A stretch of 64,000 bases of DNA from Chrysomallon squamiferum (lineage: Eukaryota; Animalia; Mollusca). Shown here in pieces: positions 1 through 17,937 of this stretch. Position 1 is the stretch's first letter. Every line of letters starts with the position of its first letter. The notes beneath the pieces were generated by a model. The model ran no database searches. It was not told the DNA's origin and saw only the letters and a list, made by a program, of their open reading frames with translations. The position numbers and the translations under genes are program-made. The stretch spans positions 29,388,001-29,452,000 of the forward strand of contig CM022665.1 of assembly GCA_012295275.1 (NCBI GenBank). The letters are read 5' to 3'.

Positions 1-131
1 ATTAAAATCAAAACTAATTTTCAAAGCGAAAAACAACAAATTTCTGCAAGATGCTCTTAAATATTATCTATGTGGATAAAAAATAATAAAGGAACAGCAA
101 CAAATTGAATTATATAAGAAGCAGTGTGGGT

Positions 132-5382
<5,251 letters not shown>

Positions 5383-6166
5383 ATTTTTCTTATTTTTTTA
5401 AATCAGTTAAAATGTAATATAAAGTAACGATCTACTCGAAGAACAAAAAATGGACAACTTGAAACCACCTTCACGCCTCAGGACTATCGACGCAAAATGG
5501 ATGATGAAAGTTAGACGAAACACGCTCGGATAAATAACATCCGGGCAATCTGGAAAGTTCTAGTTTAGGGATTGTTGTGTATACTCATTAAAAAAGATAA
5601 TGTTGGGAAATGAACCAAAGATCAAGATGTCGCTGTCTTTGAAACAAAACTACGTCGAACACACTCCCGCATAAGTCCCATGCATGATGATATAACAAAG
5701 CAGATGAAATTATCGTTTTTTTATTTTTTTATTTATTATAATTTTTTTAACCCTATATTTATATTATTTATCATTTTTGCACATTACATATCTGTTTTGT
5801 TGAGGTAAAAATAAAGGTTCCTTTTCTTCATACGAAGAACTTCCTATTTATTGAGGTTTGTAAATATCGAAACCTATATAATATCAGTTTAACAGACCAT
5901 ATGGACGGACAGTCTTGGATTGCAGTAAGCGCAGGTCATGACAACATGCAAAGTATGAATTGCCATATATATATAATTATTCCAAAATAAATGGCAAGTC
6001 TGAGAAAAACGGCTTGAGTAAGGACACAGAGTGTGCCAACCACCCGCCAACCATTCTTGGAGAAATGAAACTGAAGTAAGAAAATAACATTAACTGTGAA
6101 ATGACTGACAAGTAACATAGGTGCAGCCGTAAAAAGAAAAAAAAAAAGATTTGAAAGTCGATGACT

Positions 6167-6182
6167 TGTGTGCGTGTGTGTT

Positions 6183-6259
<77 letters not shown>
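6167..6259. repeat. Compound (GT)n(GA)n microsatellite
   Basis: Directly visible. Confidence 0.95.
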
Positions 6260-6261
<2 letters not shown>

Positions 6262-6334
6262 CTGATTTTACCTCAAATTTTTTATATTATAATGAACAAA
6301 TATTTATGGCTGATATTTAATAATTATATTAAAA

Positions 6335-6905
6335 TACATGTTAACCCGGTTCTCAAACATATTGTTGAGAAAAAAATGTCTTGGCTGTCAAATGTAAACT
6401 CACTTCTTGAACCAAAGGCAGCTGAGGTAATGTTTTCTGATGATGATGAGGGAAAGGAGGGTATTCCTAGTTCACTAATCAAAGAAGTGTGTGGAAAATG
6501 CAGAGAGTTACAAAATGTTGTGCTGACAGTGCCATATCTTAGTGAAAATATGTCCAGTGAGTCTCGACCTAGAAAGAACCCCAGAAGGAGAGTTCCCTGA
6601 CACTTTTATGCAATATGACTTCCCTTCCAAACAATAACAGTTCTTCTCCCCATTTTCCCGACCACCTTCCACTTACAGGTAAACTGTTTTCTGGGGGTTT
6701 TTTTTTTTTTTATAGTTTTTTTACTGTTTATAATTTTTGTGTGTGATTTTTATGCATCTGACTATTATTATACAGTTTTAAATATTTAAATAACCATTAT
6801 TTTTTATATATATAATGTGTAATTTTGAAGGGTCTGGAATGGATTAATCCAATATGGAACATTTTTCTGGAACTGACTAAGTTTGAGAACTAAGGTACCA
6901 TTGTA
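6335..6905 (+). mobile_element. Decayed Tigger/pogo-like DNA transposon remnant
   Basis: The reverse complement of the right end reads TACAATGGTACCTTAGTTCTCAAACTTAGTCAGTTCCAG, which resembles a Tigger-type TIR with TA. A degenerate partner (CCCGGTTCTCAAACAT) lies near 6345. The internal ORF remnant SSLIKEVCGKCRELQNV resembles Tigger transposase C-termini. Confidence 0.5.
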
Positions 6906-7307
6906 TATTGGGATGTTGTAAAATAAAACTGATGCTTTATCTGTCTTCTTCCAGAACATCTTTCTGCATTAGTAGTACAATTTATTACAATTGTAGTGTT
7001 GACTGTATTATAGTTTTCAGCATCTTACAGATAAAGATCAAAATGATATAATTCCCAAAATGGAATGACTTTTATTTTTAAAACATTTGTTCAAGTTTTG
7101 GAGAGGATTTTGATTCAGGAACTAACACTTTTTTGGGGGAAAATAATGATTCAGTCTGCAGTTTTTGTGTGCAGTTAATACTTTTCACTGAAAAGATCTA
7201 CGTCTGCAGTTTTATATACATATAAAAAACAACAAAAAAAACCCCAACAACACCCTCAGATTATTTTATTTATTTTTACAATCAAACCTACCAAGATACA
7301 ATAAATA

Positions 7308-10300
7308 TCAGCTTTTGATTGATAAAATTTGATGAGGCTTGAAAACCTGCCTAATATTCACATTAATCCTTGAAGATGTAAGGTAAACATCAAGAGGAGT
7401 CTTTTTCAGTTCCTTTACCGATTTTAAAATATTTTTATTTATTTTCTCCAGTGATGTTTCAGCATCAGTATTCAGACACTGTTCTTCTTTGTAAGGACTG
7501 CTCTGTGGTTTTGGTAAAGACAGTGAATGATCAGATTCATTACTAAGATGGTCTGTTTCTTTCACAACATCTAACTCTGTTGGAATGTACCTGAGAGAAG
7601 TTGGAAGGATCTTAGGCACAGCATGAAATGCAAGTCTTGATGCGCCACTCAAAATACAGATGTCACCATGTTGCAAAAAGACCGCAGAAGGCTCTGTCTC
7701 CTTGGTTATTCCGCCAAGCAAAAATATTGCTTTTTGTCCAAAGCTGTGTGAAAACAAAAGTGAAATAAATATATTTGAAGTTTATGAGAACAGTTAAAAA
7801 GATATATAACAAGAAAGAAATATTAGTGTCAAAAATATTTTTTATTTTTGTGTGTGTGGACCCTATTAACAAATGGTTCAAATAAAGATTTTGAAAAAAG
7901 AACAGTATTTTTTCTTGAAGAACAAGAAGAAAATTAAATTTGTATAACAGACAGAAATTTGAATAAAGAATAGCTAACACCAAGTCAGATCTTGTAAGAA
8001 AAGGAACAAATGAGTAACTATTCCATTTTAGGTTTTATCCTAACAAATTTTAGTAAACAGCATAAATAAACAAATATTGAAAGTTAGACAAATATAATTT
8101 CTTATTATGTGCCTAAGTTACATAAAGCTTTTTACAGAAATCATAATCATGGATCACAAAAGTGAACTCAAACACAAAGATGTATTTCTGATATTTATAT
8201 GCATTTATATATGGAATTTGCAGGGTGCTTGGAATGAATTACATGTATTTACATATATTTTAATGATTCAAATGAGCAACAATTTAGATAATGTCTGGGG
8301 GGGTTCTGAAACAAAATTACATTCATGTAGAGTGTAAAAACTATTCTTATATAAATACAAAATCTGTTGATGATTTTTGCTGATAAAATGGTTTCCCAAA
8401 AAATAATTGCTCTTTTATATAATCACCTGACTGAAATTAAGGGAGCATCAGTTGCAAATTCAGAATGGTCTGTGTGTCCTGCAAGTGTTGAATCCATATG
8501 ATAATAATTAATAATTCCAGCTTCAGGTGAAAATTCTGGATATCCAGCAGCTGCAGCAATGTATGTCGCAAGAAAACGAAGATCAGGTGGAAACGGAGTA
8601 TATTTATCAGAATATTCCTATAATTAAATACATTTTATGAGTAAATAAATTAATTTAAAAAAATAAAAATAAAATGCTTTGTGGTATATTTTTATAATGA
8701 TAATAATAATAATATTTAGTAATTATTAAAGACATGATATATATATATATATTTTTTTTTTTTTATCTGAATGAATATTGTGTTAACAGTTATTGAAACA
8801 TATGACTAGTAAGTTATGAACAAATTAAAAATTATTTAAAAGGCACCCATTCACTATAACAATTCTGTCCTGAATATTAAATGACAACAATTCACACTGC
8901 CATTATGTGAAGGATAATACCACAGAATGGAAAAATATGACTTCACAAGTTAACATACCACTAAAACTTACTTACTTTTGTATCCCAGTTATAATGGTAA
9001 CCTAGAGTTGTCCACCTTAACTTCCAAAGCAAATCATCTTTTGACAGTTCTTGCCTGTCGTGAAATAATAATAATAAATTATAATACATCAGAAAATAAT
9101 TAACACAAGCTGTAATGTGTAGATAGTATGATGCTTATTTGACACTTTGTTTTGTTTAGAAAAAGTAGCTATAGGTTTCAACATAAATGGACATTTTGTG
9201 TATATTTATATATATATATATATGTATATGGTACTGTTTTTTTCAGATATGCATAATATCATCCTTGACAACGAACATATTATTTAAAATGTACTGCTGT
9301 GTGTGATGTTGTTAAACAATAACTCATTCATTTAAACACATGTCTATGAACAGGAAATAATATGAATACTACCTGTCCTCTTTAGCAAAGTCATTCCAAA
9401 GAGAACTGTTTTCTGTCCTTTCAATATGAGCATCCAGATTAGTAATGTTAGGTTTCTGAGAATATTCAGCCAGACATTTATCCACCCAATAATATTCAAA
9501 ACCTGCTACAAAGGGGTTTGTTATTATGTAGAGACCTAGAAAAATAAATATATCACTTGAAATTCTAAAGTGAGAAATGGCAAAAATATTTGTCATTTTT
9601 TTCATAATTGTTATTGTTAACTTTCCATTTTATTTTATTTCCATTTTATGAAGATATAAATTTGTTGGGAAATTATGACTAATTATTAATTTCATATATT
9701 AAAACAGTGACAATAATCCCTAATAATTTAGTCTGCAACTGTGACAGCATTTACCTGGATGCTTCCTTATAGTATAAGCTTTCCATTCTTTAACAGGACA
9801 AAGTCCCTCCAATTGCGGTAAAAGAGGGTTTTTCAAAGAAACACGTTCTACCTGAAGAAAACAAGAAAATCATTTTAAGAGTGTTAAGTGTTTTATTTTA
9901 CCTTGTGTTATTTTTTATTATACCAAGTGTGTTGTAAATTCTGGATGTTATTTGGACATTTAAAAAACTGACTCTTTATTTATTTATTTATTCAGTCCTC
10001 CAAGCAAATTAATTCATTATTAAATTACACCATTAACCTAATTAGGTAATTTAGAATGAAACAAAAATAGGAATAAAAACAATAATTAATTGTGAAGAGA
10101 CAGACAATTCGTCAATTGTTTTCAACATAGATAACTTACCGACTTATAATACATATATTTTTGCACATATCGTACACAAACTTTCAGAAACCCTATTTAA
10201 TCACAACAAATATCACACAAGCTATATACGGAAATACGAAAAAAGAAATTGGACTATTTGGTCCATGGCCATTGATGACTGACTGGACAAATTGAGAAAG

Positions 10301-10451
10301 AGACATTTCGATTGCAAAGAACTTTATAATATATAAACCTTTATACCTCTTCAGTGGAATACTCTTTGTTTTCGAAATCAATGACATTACTTAAATCTGG
10401 AAATGGATGACGTTTTTTATATTTTTTGAAAACTGGCTGAAATAAATCCAT
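7308..10451 (-). CDS. ALKBH1: Nucleic acid dioxygenase ALKBH1, 6 exons, ~356 aa
   Basis: Exons 10347-10451, 9755-9851, 9373-9535, 8976-9054, 8427-8617 and 7308-7743 join in phase (1071 nt). Motifs include KLRWTTLGYHYNWD, AGIINYYHMDSTLAGHTDHSE (HxD), SFGQKAIFLLGG, RLAFHAVP and RINVNIRQV. Confidence 0.95.
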
Positions 10452-10758
10452 CAAAGATATAAAATGAGAGAAGAACAAGTTTTGTTTACAAATTACATCA
10501 TTTCATTTTCATAAATGTAGCAATGTTAAGATAAAATGAAAAATGATTTTCAATTTCAGTAGACGAATAGTTTTTTGTTGTCAATTAAACATAATTAAAT
10601 ATAAAAAGTTAAATTATAAAATACACCGTAAACAATTTCGGACTAATAAAGGTGCCGAAGAAACATAAAATAAAAATAAAAATCCGTTTTCGTTATGAAA
10701 ATTGGGTTTTAATCAGAGGACAACTCTAGCTTGTGCATGTGCTTTCGGAAGGTTGAAA
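10452..10758. promoter_or_regulatory. Probable bidirectional promoter between ALKBH1 and SLIRP
   Basis: Only 307 bp separate the two divergent start codons. Transcription start sites are not mapped. Confidence 0.65.
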
Positions 10759-11304
10759 ATGGCAAGTGCAAAATTACGCCTTTTTATTGGAAATATTCCC
10801 TGGTCAGTGACCAGAAGTAAGTATTCTGATAATAATGGGAACATTACAGTCACTATACAGTCAATGTGCAAACGGTTTTATTTAATAAACAATGTCAGTG
10901 ATAGAAACGGCTCCCCAGTCAAATGATGAAACATCGCTATACAACTTCTTGAACTTGGTTTACTGACCTTGCATTCTGGCAATATTCTGACATTAAATTT
11001 ATACACGACCCAATGGATAACTTTTGGCAGTTTATTTAAATTTTAAATTTAATAGAATAATAAGAATATATATATATAAAGTTTAAAAATTATAAATCTA
11101 AATTATGATAGAATCTTACACTAACCAAATATTAATTAACAAGATTTAAATGTTCCTGTAATTTAGTGTAAAACAATTTAAGCCAATAGACCATAACATT
11201 CTTTTGTATATTTAAAGTTTTTCAAACAAAAATTTCTAATTAGTAGTGATAAAAACCTTTATACTTTCTTTTATTCCTCTTTTTTTCTTCCTTTCTTTCT
11301 TTCT

Positions 11305-11346
<42 letters not shown>

Positions 11347-14300
11347 TTTCTTTTTTCCTTTTAAAATTTAATTTTATTTCTTACTATTAGATTTTTTTGT
11401 GTGGTAGTAGCTGCTAATGCTACTCATTAAAAACAGACAGGCCTTTGCTCAATAATATGCATATATAGCTCTAGGTTGTCGCTCATCTTTTTATCATGTT
11501 AGAGCACTGCATTAGAAACAAGTATACAATAATGTGATTTTTTGTATACACGTTATTTGTTATTTATTTTTCATGAATTCAACTATATTATTTTACCAGA
11601 TAAACTCAACTTTAATGATAAATAAATATATATTAATAGAGTATTTATGAAATAAACAAAAGTTATAGATCAGACAATTAGTTATGATTTGTGAGCTTGT
11701 AAGTTGACAAAAAAGAAACATTTGTTAGAAAAAAAAATTGAACGAAAAATATAATATAGACAGAAAGCCAAAAAATCTGAGAAAAACCACATCAAAACAA
11801 CTTTGAGGAAATAGATAAGAGCTAACTCCAGAATCTGTAATTGTTTCAAACCTCTAACTACAAGTACAACTCTCCTCATGTACCCCAAAAAGCTGGTAAC
11901 AAATTTATAGAAATATCAAACTCTTTTCTAAAACAAAATGATAATAATTACAAAACATTTCAATCCAGAATGGTTTAAGTACTATTTTTTACCCCCTGTC
12001 AAAAATAAGTAAATAAATAGATAAATAAATAAATAACTAAGTCCTGAACTCAAGCAGATAATGATATACAGCTTATAATGTTTAGCTGGCACAAACTTGT
12101 TGCCTGTCACTGAGACAAATGAGTGTAATTCGTCAAGAAAATAGTAAAAGTCAAAACAGTCTGATTTAAATTAAATGTAGGGCTGGTATTCAACAAATAA
12201 TGCAAATAAACACTAATCAACTGCTGGTGACCAGAAATCTTTTTTAATTTTTTAAAACATTTTTAATGTGATTTACATTTATTATTTATAAATTATGTGC
12301 CTTGATTATAAAAATGCTTTTTATATAATTTTAAGCTTCAAAAATTCAAATATCAGTCTCCAGCTGAAAGTCTATTCCCAGCGTGTAAATCTAGTAACAA
12401 TAATGCCCTTAAAAATTTCAAATATTGATAACTTGAAAACACCCTATCTCAGTTATTTTGCAGTACTTGCCTTTGATGGTCAAGCTATTGTTTACCTTGG
12501 TAATTAATAAACTGTGTGTTATTGATTAAGCAGAACAAAATATATCTGCATCAGTCTTCAATATGGCCTCTTCACATAATACATAATTGCAGACAGTCTT
12601 CAAACAGCATAATCCATTGAGATAGTCAACATTGCTCTATCACTGTTCACTCAACTCTGTGATTTGTGCACCCCACAAAAACTTTTCTGTTCCTTATCAA
12701 TGAGAATTATTTGACATTTGAGGAGTTCCTCTCCACAGGATTAGTGTGACACACTCAGATTCTGAGCTGTGACATCAGTCTTCAGACCCTAGATAAAGAT
12801 CAATGTCTGTATCTACCATCCCAAGAAGAGTAGACAGAGGAAAATACACTTACAACCATGAGGAAGAGGTTGTCAAAGACTCCTGTGGTATGTTTGATGG
12901 CATCACCTTTCTACCACTTGATGATATCCTTGAATTCCTTGCCTGTCTTAGTGACAACATTCCAGAAGGATCAAATCACGTACTGATTACTTCGATTCTA
13001 CATGTCTGTCTGGTGAATATCATTGCATACAGTCCACCATGTCCAGATGGGTCTCTTACACTTATTCATATGTGCCAGATGACACCTGTCTATAAGCCTT
13101 CCATTTGGAATGTCCATGACATTACCCTGGCTCTGTAGTCATAGTTGGCAATCAATATATCAAGCACAAAAGACAGCACACAGTTAAACTACAGGCCAAA
13201 CTGCACAAGCTTTCTTCAAACAGGAGCCAGGATATCAAGACCATTCCTGAGGTTCTCCGATTGCTAGTCACTGTGTTTGATAGAAATGACTTTTCACGTG
13301 TTTAATTATTGCACTAAAATCTTGCATGATTGAGACACTGTGAACTTACATAATATGTTATGTTTGAAATTAAGCTTTGTTAAAATAGTTGTTTTTTAAC
13401 TTAACAAAATATATGTTCTTTGTGTGAGATGATTATACCTGTATAATGAAAATATTAATCTAATAAACTGTATTTTAAATTACTTGTTTCCAGTTCAACG
13501 TAATGTGTACTTTATGTAACACAGCCTTTCAAAAGTTTTATCTCATCAAAGTGATAATAAAAATGAAATAAAATTCATTTAAAATGTACAGCAGTAAAAG
13601 TACTTCACATGCACAAGAAACAAGCTGAACCGGATATAATAAATATCATTTCATTAAATAAAATATTTACCTAAAGACTAGTACAAAACTTAATATTTTA
13701 TAAAGTTGAATAATATTTACATTTATTTTCAGGAGAGCTGAGGGAATATTTTTCTAATTTTGGTGCTGTCAAAAACGTCAGAATTGTTTATGTAAGTATT
13801 AAGTATGTTGTCGTTAAAATGGAACTAGACTGACCCTCCATTTAACAGACCCCTATTTGCTGGATTTTGGAAAATCTGGGAAATACACAAACATTTTCAG
13901 ATCTCTGTTGACTCAAAATATTCTGATTCCCACTATATAATCATGGAAAAACAACTTCAGTGTGCTCTACATCAGGGTAAGTAAAACTGAATTTAAAGTA
14001 AATTTAGTTCTGTACCTTATTCCACATTGTTAATATTTGTGCTGTTTCTGACATTCTTCAGAAAATCCTTTTTTTTTTTTTTTTTCAAGACTAGACAACC
14101 TTTTCCTCCTTTTAGTCTGTTAAATGGAGAGTACTGTATTGTTGATTTTTTAATTATTACTAGCAGTGTACAATTTTTCAGTCACTCACCAAATTTAAAT
14201 AGATTTAATAAAACAAAATTAATTATAAAAATACTTTGAAGTTTAATTAAATAAAAAAATTATTAATTAATATTTCAACATATGTCCTTCCATTTTTTAT

Positions 14301-14932
14301 TTATTCACTGACAATTTATATTTAACATATTTGTTAAAACTGCACTTGTGAAAATGGTCCATGTTCTGTTTATAATGTACTAATTCTGTGCACATTAAAT
14401 ATGAATAATATTTATTTTCAGGATTATCAGACTGGATTTAGTCGTGGATATGGATTTGTAGAGTTCACAACAAATGAAGGTCATTCATCAGCCATGCATC
14501 AAGATACTCATATATTAGACAACTATAAGGTTTGTTATTTATATCAATGTTTAGATAAACTACAATTTCTTGACATAATTCTTAAATGGCAAAATAATTT
14601 GAGATAGCCGATATTGAACATCTGAATGTAATGATTTTACAAACATTTTTTTTATAAAATGAGCTGACTTTCATATTCAATTCAGTTGTTTAAATTGCAT
14701 TTGCATAAAAATGAAAACATTTGGCAATGTTATTTATTTTGTCATTAGTTCTAATTTTTCAAACTCATTCTGAAATATTATTATGTTCAGGACATGTATT
14801 TTTAAATTTATTTATTTAACTTCATAGAGCATTTGTTCTTGTTTATATTTTTAGTTGGTACTGGCAGCTGGTGTTCCTAGAAACCAAGGCAGACAGTCTA
14901 GAAATATTTCATCAAATGTACAGATAGAATAA
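10759..14932 (+). CDS. SLIRP: Single-RRM protein, SLIRP-like (SRA stem-loop-interacting, mitochondrial), 4 exons, 100 aa
   Basis: Exons 10759-10816, 13733-13791, 14422-14529 and 14855-14932 total 303 nt. The protein reads MASAKLRLFIGNIPWSVTRRELREYFSNFGAVKNVRIVYDYQTGFSRGYGFVEF...HILDNYKL, with RNP2, RNP1 and an IPW signature. It lies divergent from ALKBH1, as SLIRP does in human. Confidence 0.88.
12505..13330 (+). mobile_element. Degenerate Mutator-like (MULE) transposase fragment in SLIRP intron 1
   Basis: GC-richer island in an AT-rich intron. ORF 12803-13138 contains CGMFDGITFLPLDDI..LSDNIPEG and PSIWNVHDITL, typical of the C-terminal half of animal MULE transposases. It is frameshifted and truncated, and its ends are approximate. 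Confidence 0.65.
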
Positions 14933-16922
14933 ACTGTGTACAGACATTTCATTAAAAATAATAACAGTTAACAGTGTACAAACAGTTGGACTGTTGAATC
15001 AAATTCTTTGAAGTTACAGAAAACAAATTTAAACAAAATATATCCTGACAGAAAGATCTGATTTTATCAACCATTTCTGAAGTCACTAACACAAATGTAA
15101 TACTTTTTATAAAAGTATTCTTCAAACATTTTTGTATTTGTGCAGATGTTGTTTACATTATCATTTGAGCTTTTGAAAAGAAAATAATGACATCAAACAT
15201 GTGAGAATACAACCAGTCATCACACTAAATTTAGCTTATTTGCCTAGTGTCAGCACTGATAGCATTTGACACCTATTAATTGTAAAATATGTCCTGATTG
15301 AGAGGGAGTTGTGTTTATTATGCGATAGTCATGTGATGTTTAAAATAACTCAATAAAATGTAAAAAATAAATACGTTTTGTCTTATTCTGAAAACTATTT
15401 TACATATATGGATTTAAGGGTGAGAGAGAATTCATCCAAAAATCTGAATTATTATAATTTTTTTGTTTGTTTTTGTTGGCCAGTTATTCTGTTTTTCTTG
15501 AAATCTACAACTAAATCTAATCCTGAACACAACTCTGATGTGGGTGTTCTCACAGGTTAAAAATACTTAAATAACAAGTATGTTTATTGAACACAATACC
15601 TTTCTTTTTATTTTCCATACATATAATTATGCACATTTTAAGTTTGGCTTTTGAATTGAAACAAATGGCTTATTTCATTGTTTCTTTAAAAAAAAAAAAA
15701 AAAAAAAAAAATTAAAATATTTAGATACAAGGTAAAATTCAGAAACTATATTCAGTGGTAACAAAGTTTTACAGTTTTGACCTTTATATATATAATTAAT
15801 TTAATGTAGCTACGGATGTTTAAAGTATCTCATTAAAATTGCCCTTTTGCTATTTAATAGTAGCCAAATCTGTGCTACACAACAGAATGCAGACCAAAGG
15901 CTTCAGCATAATGCGCAGGCTCCCCTATTTTAAAAGGAATTTGTTTTTTGTTTTTTTTGCCCTCATAAGTTTTGAAGGTCATATCAATTACAGTACTTTC
16001 TATGTCCCATTACAGATGTTGCATTTGTCCTGTGAAACTACAAAGGAACAAAGAAATGTTTTGTTAAGTTATGCATAGAAAACTATTTTTCATGTATTGT
16101 TATATTTATGTTTATAGACCACAAAATAGAAAACAAATGTTCTTACACACAGGAAACAGATAAAATATGTCAACCTAGGACCACTGGTTATAGTGGGAAA
16201 TGGCCTGGTTTGACCAGTTAAATACCAAGGATAGTTTGTTAATACTTAAACTCACTTGTAATCTGCTGAAATAACATATTTTATGAATGTGTCAGCTTTG
16301 TTTTCAGTGATATGAAGATTATCACAGTTTGATACCATTACTATGAATCCTAACTAAAATATATATCATCATCCAAGCGGATTTGGACTTATTCATGCAT
16401 TTGTTGTCTGCTTAGAATTATTGAGGAAAAACGTTTGGAATGATGTAGTGTTACAACTGAATATTTTTAACAGTACATTTTTATTTTCATTTGGTTTAGT
16501 ATTATGTTTTCAAAATCTAGGTCATATATATGTTCTCATAATATACAAATAGTGAAGAAAGCAAGGTAAGAGTTTTTTTTTTTCACTTGTACAATATAAA
16601 ATATGATTTAATGAAAAATACACAGGTACCACACAACATCGATTACAAATATATAATAATGTAAAAAAAAAAAATTAAGTCTCTAAGAAGATTTGATAGA
16701 ATATGATTGCAGTAACATTTTTATACCTATCTTAGTATTTAAATTACATTTCCTTTTTATGTGTAATGTGCATATGTGTAGTACTAGCAAAAATATGACT
16801 GCTTAAAATTAATTTGCTATTTCAGTCATTGTAAGAGGGAACATTTTGTTCTGTACATCAAAACGAAAACCTAATTTACAGTTTCTAATAAGAGAAAGCG
16901 CATCACTGAACCATACCGAAAG

Positions 16923-17468
16923 ATGGCCAAACACTGCAATACAGACAACTACTGGCAAATTCCTACAATGGGAGATCATCGCCTTCAGTATCTTCGCTAT
17001 CAAATTGTCCAAAGAAGAAAAAGTACAAAGATGCTGAATGACAAATTACACGATTCAAATATTCGATTTGCTAAAATAGTTGACAGAGAGAAACAAAGTA
17101 GTTTCGTTAAATGTTTACAAGATACTGTTTCACTGAAGAAACAACTAACTGAAATCCGAGGTCTGCAAAAGGTTTTGAAAATGAGAAGAGAATTAACTGA
17201 TACAAATCGTTTTAGGAGCTCACCTTACGGATTATATGATGGCAATACTGTAGAATCTTATCGTCGCGAAATAGACAGAATTATTAGGGATGAACATCCA
17301 CGTTTAAGAAGGTTTAGGAATTTGCAGAAATTGAAAACTGAGGGTAGACTTCAAGGTAAAATTGTGAATTATGACGAAACAATGAAACGACTGGAACACG
17401 TACTAACAAAACCTTGTCAACAGCTTTATGAATCAAATCACAGAGAACACTCATCTAGGATAATTTGA
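16923..17468 (+). CDS. Uncharacterised basic, helical/coiled-coil 181-aa protein (single coding exon)
   Basis: A 546-nt ORF with protein-like composition in otherwise very AT-rich DNA. A plausible upstream acceptor (tttacag, ~16881) and donor (AAGgtaag, ~16565) suggest a spliced 5' UTR. No family recognised. Confidence 0.6.
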   Translation: MAKHCNTDNYWQIPTMGDHRLQYLRYQIVQRRKSTKMLNDKLHDSNIRFAKIVDREKQSSFVKCLQDTVSLKKQLTEIRGLQKVLKMRRELTDTNRFRSSPYGLYDGNTVESYRREIDRIIRDEHPRLRRFRNLQKLKTEGRLQGKIVNYDETMKRLEHVLTKPCQQLYESNHREHSSRII

Positions 17469-17886
17469 AGGACTGTCATCAGTTTCTTTTTTCTTACTTT
17501 CTTTCTTTCTTTGTACTGCAGTGACAATAAAAAAAATTAAGGTATAAAACTTTTCAAAAAGATTATTACATGTTTTATTCAAGATCATGAACAGACCTTT
17601 TCGGATTTTAAATGCAAGTAAAGCAGACTGTTGAGTCCTCAGGCATTCCCCCATATTTACCTGCTGCTACTCATAATTAAATACCTAATAAGACATGTAG
17701 GAAAATCCAGCTTCCTGAAATGAACTAATATTTATTATTACCTCTTCATCATTTAGACAAGTTTAAGAAAGTATACTCAGTTATAAAGATATACACATCC
17801 AATAACTGTTTTAAGAAGAGATACTGCCTTTCTTCTTTCTTTTTTTCTTTTTTGTTTTTGTCGTTATCTACAAATTTCAGATATAT

Positions 17887-17887
<1 letters not shown>

Positions 17888-17936
<49 letters not shown>
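17888..17936. repeat. (TAA)n microsatellite
   Basis: Directly visible. Confidence 0.95.

Positions 17937-17937
<1 letters not shown>

Noticed and set aside
5383-6120. snoRNA host gene divergent from SLC3 (as human SNHG1 is from SLC3A2)
   Set aside because: There are isolated ATGATGA motifs (~5500, ~5684) but no matching D boxes, stems or guides.
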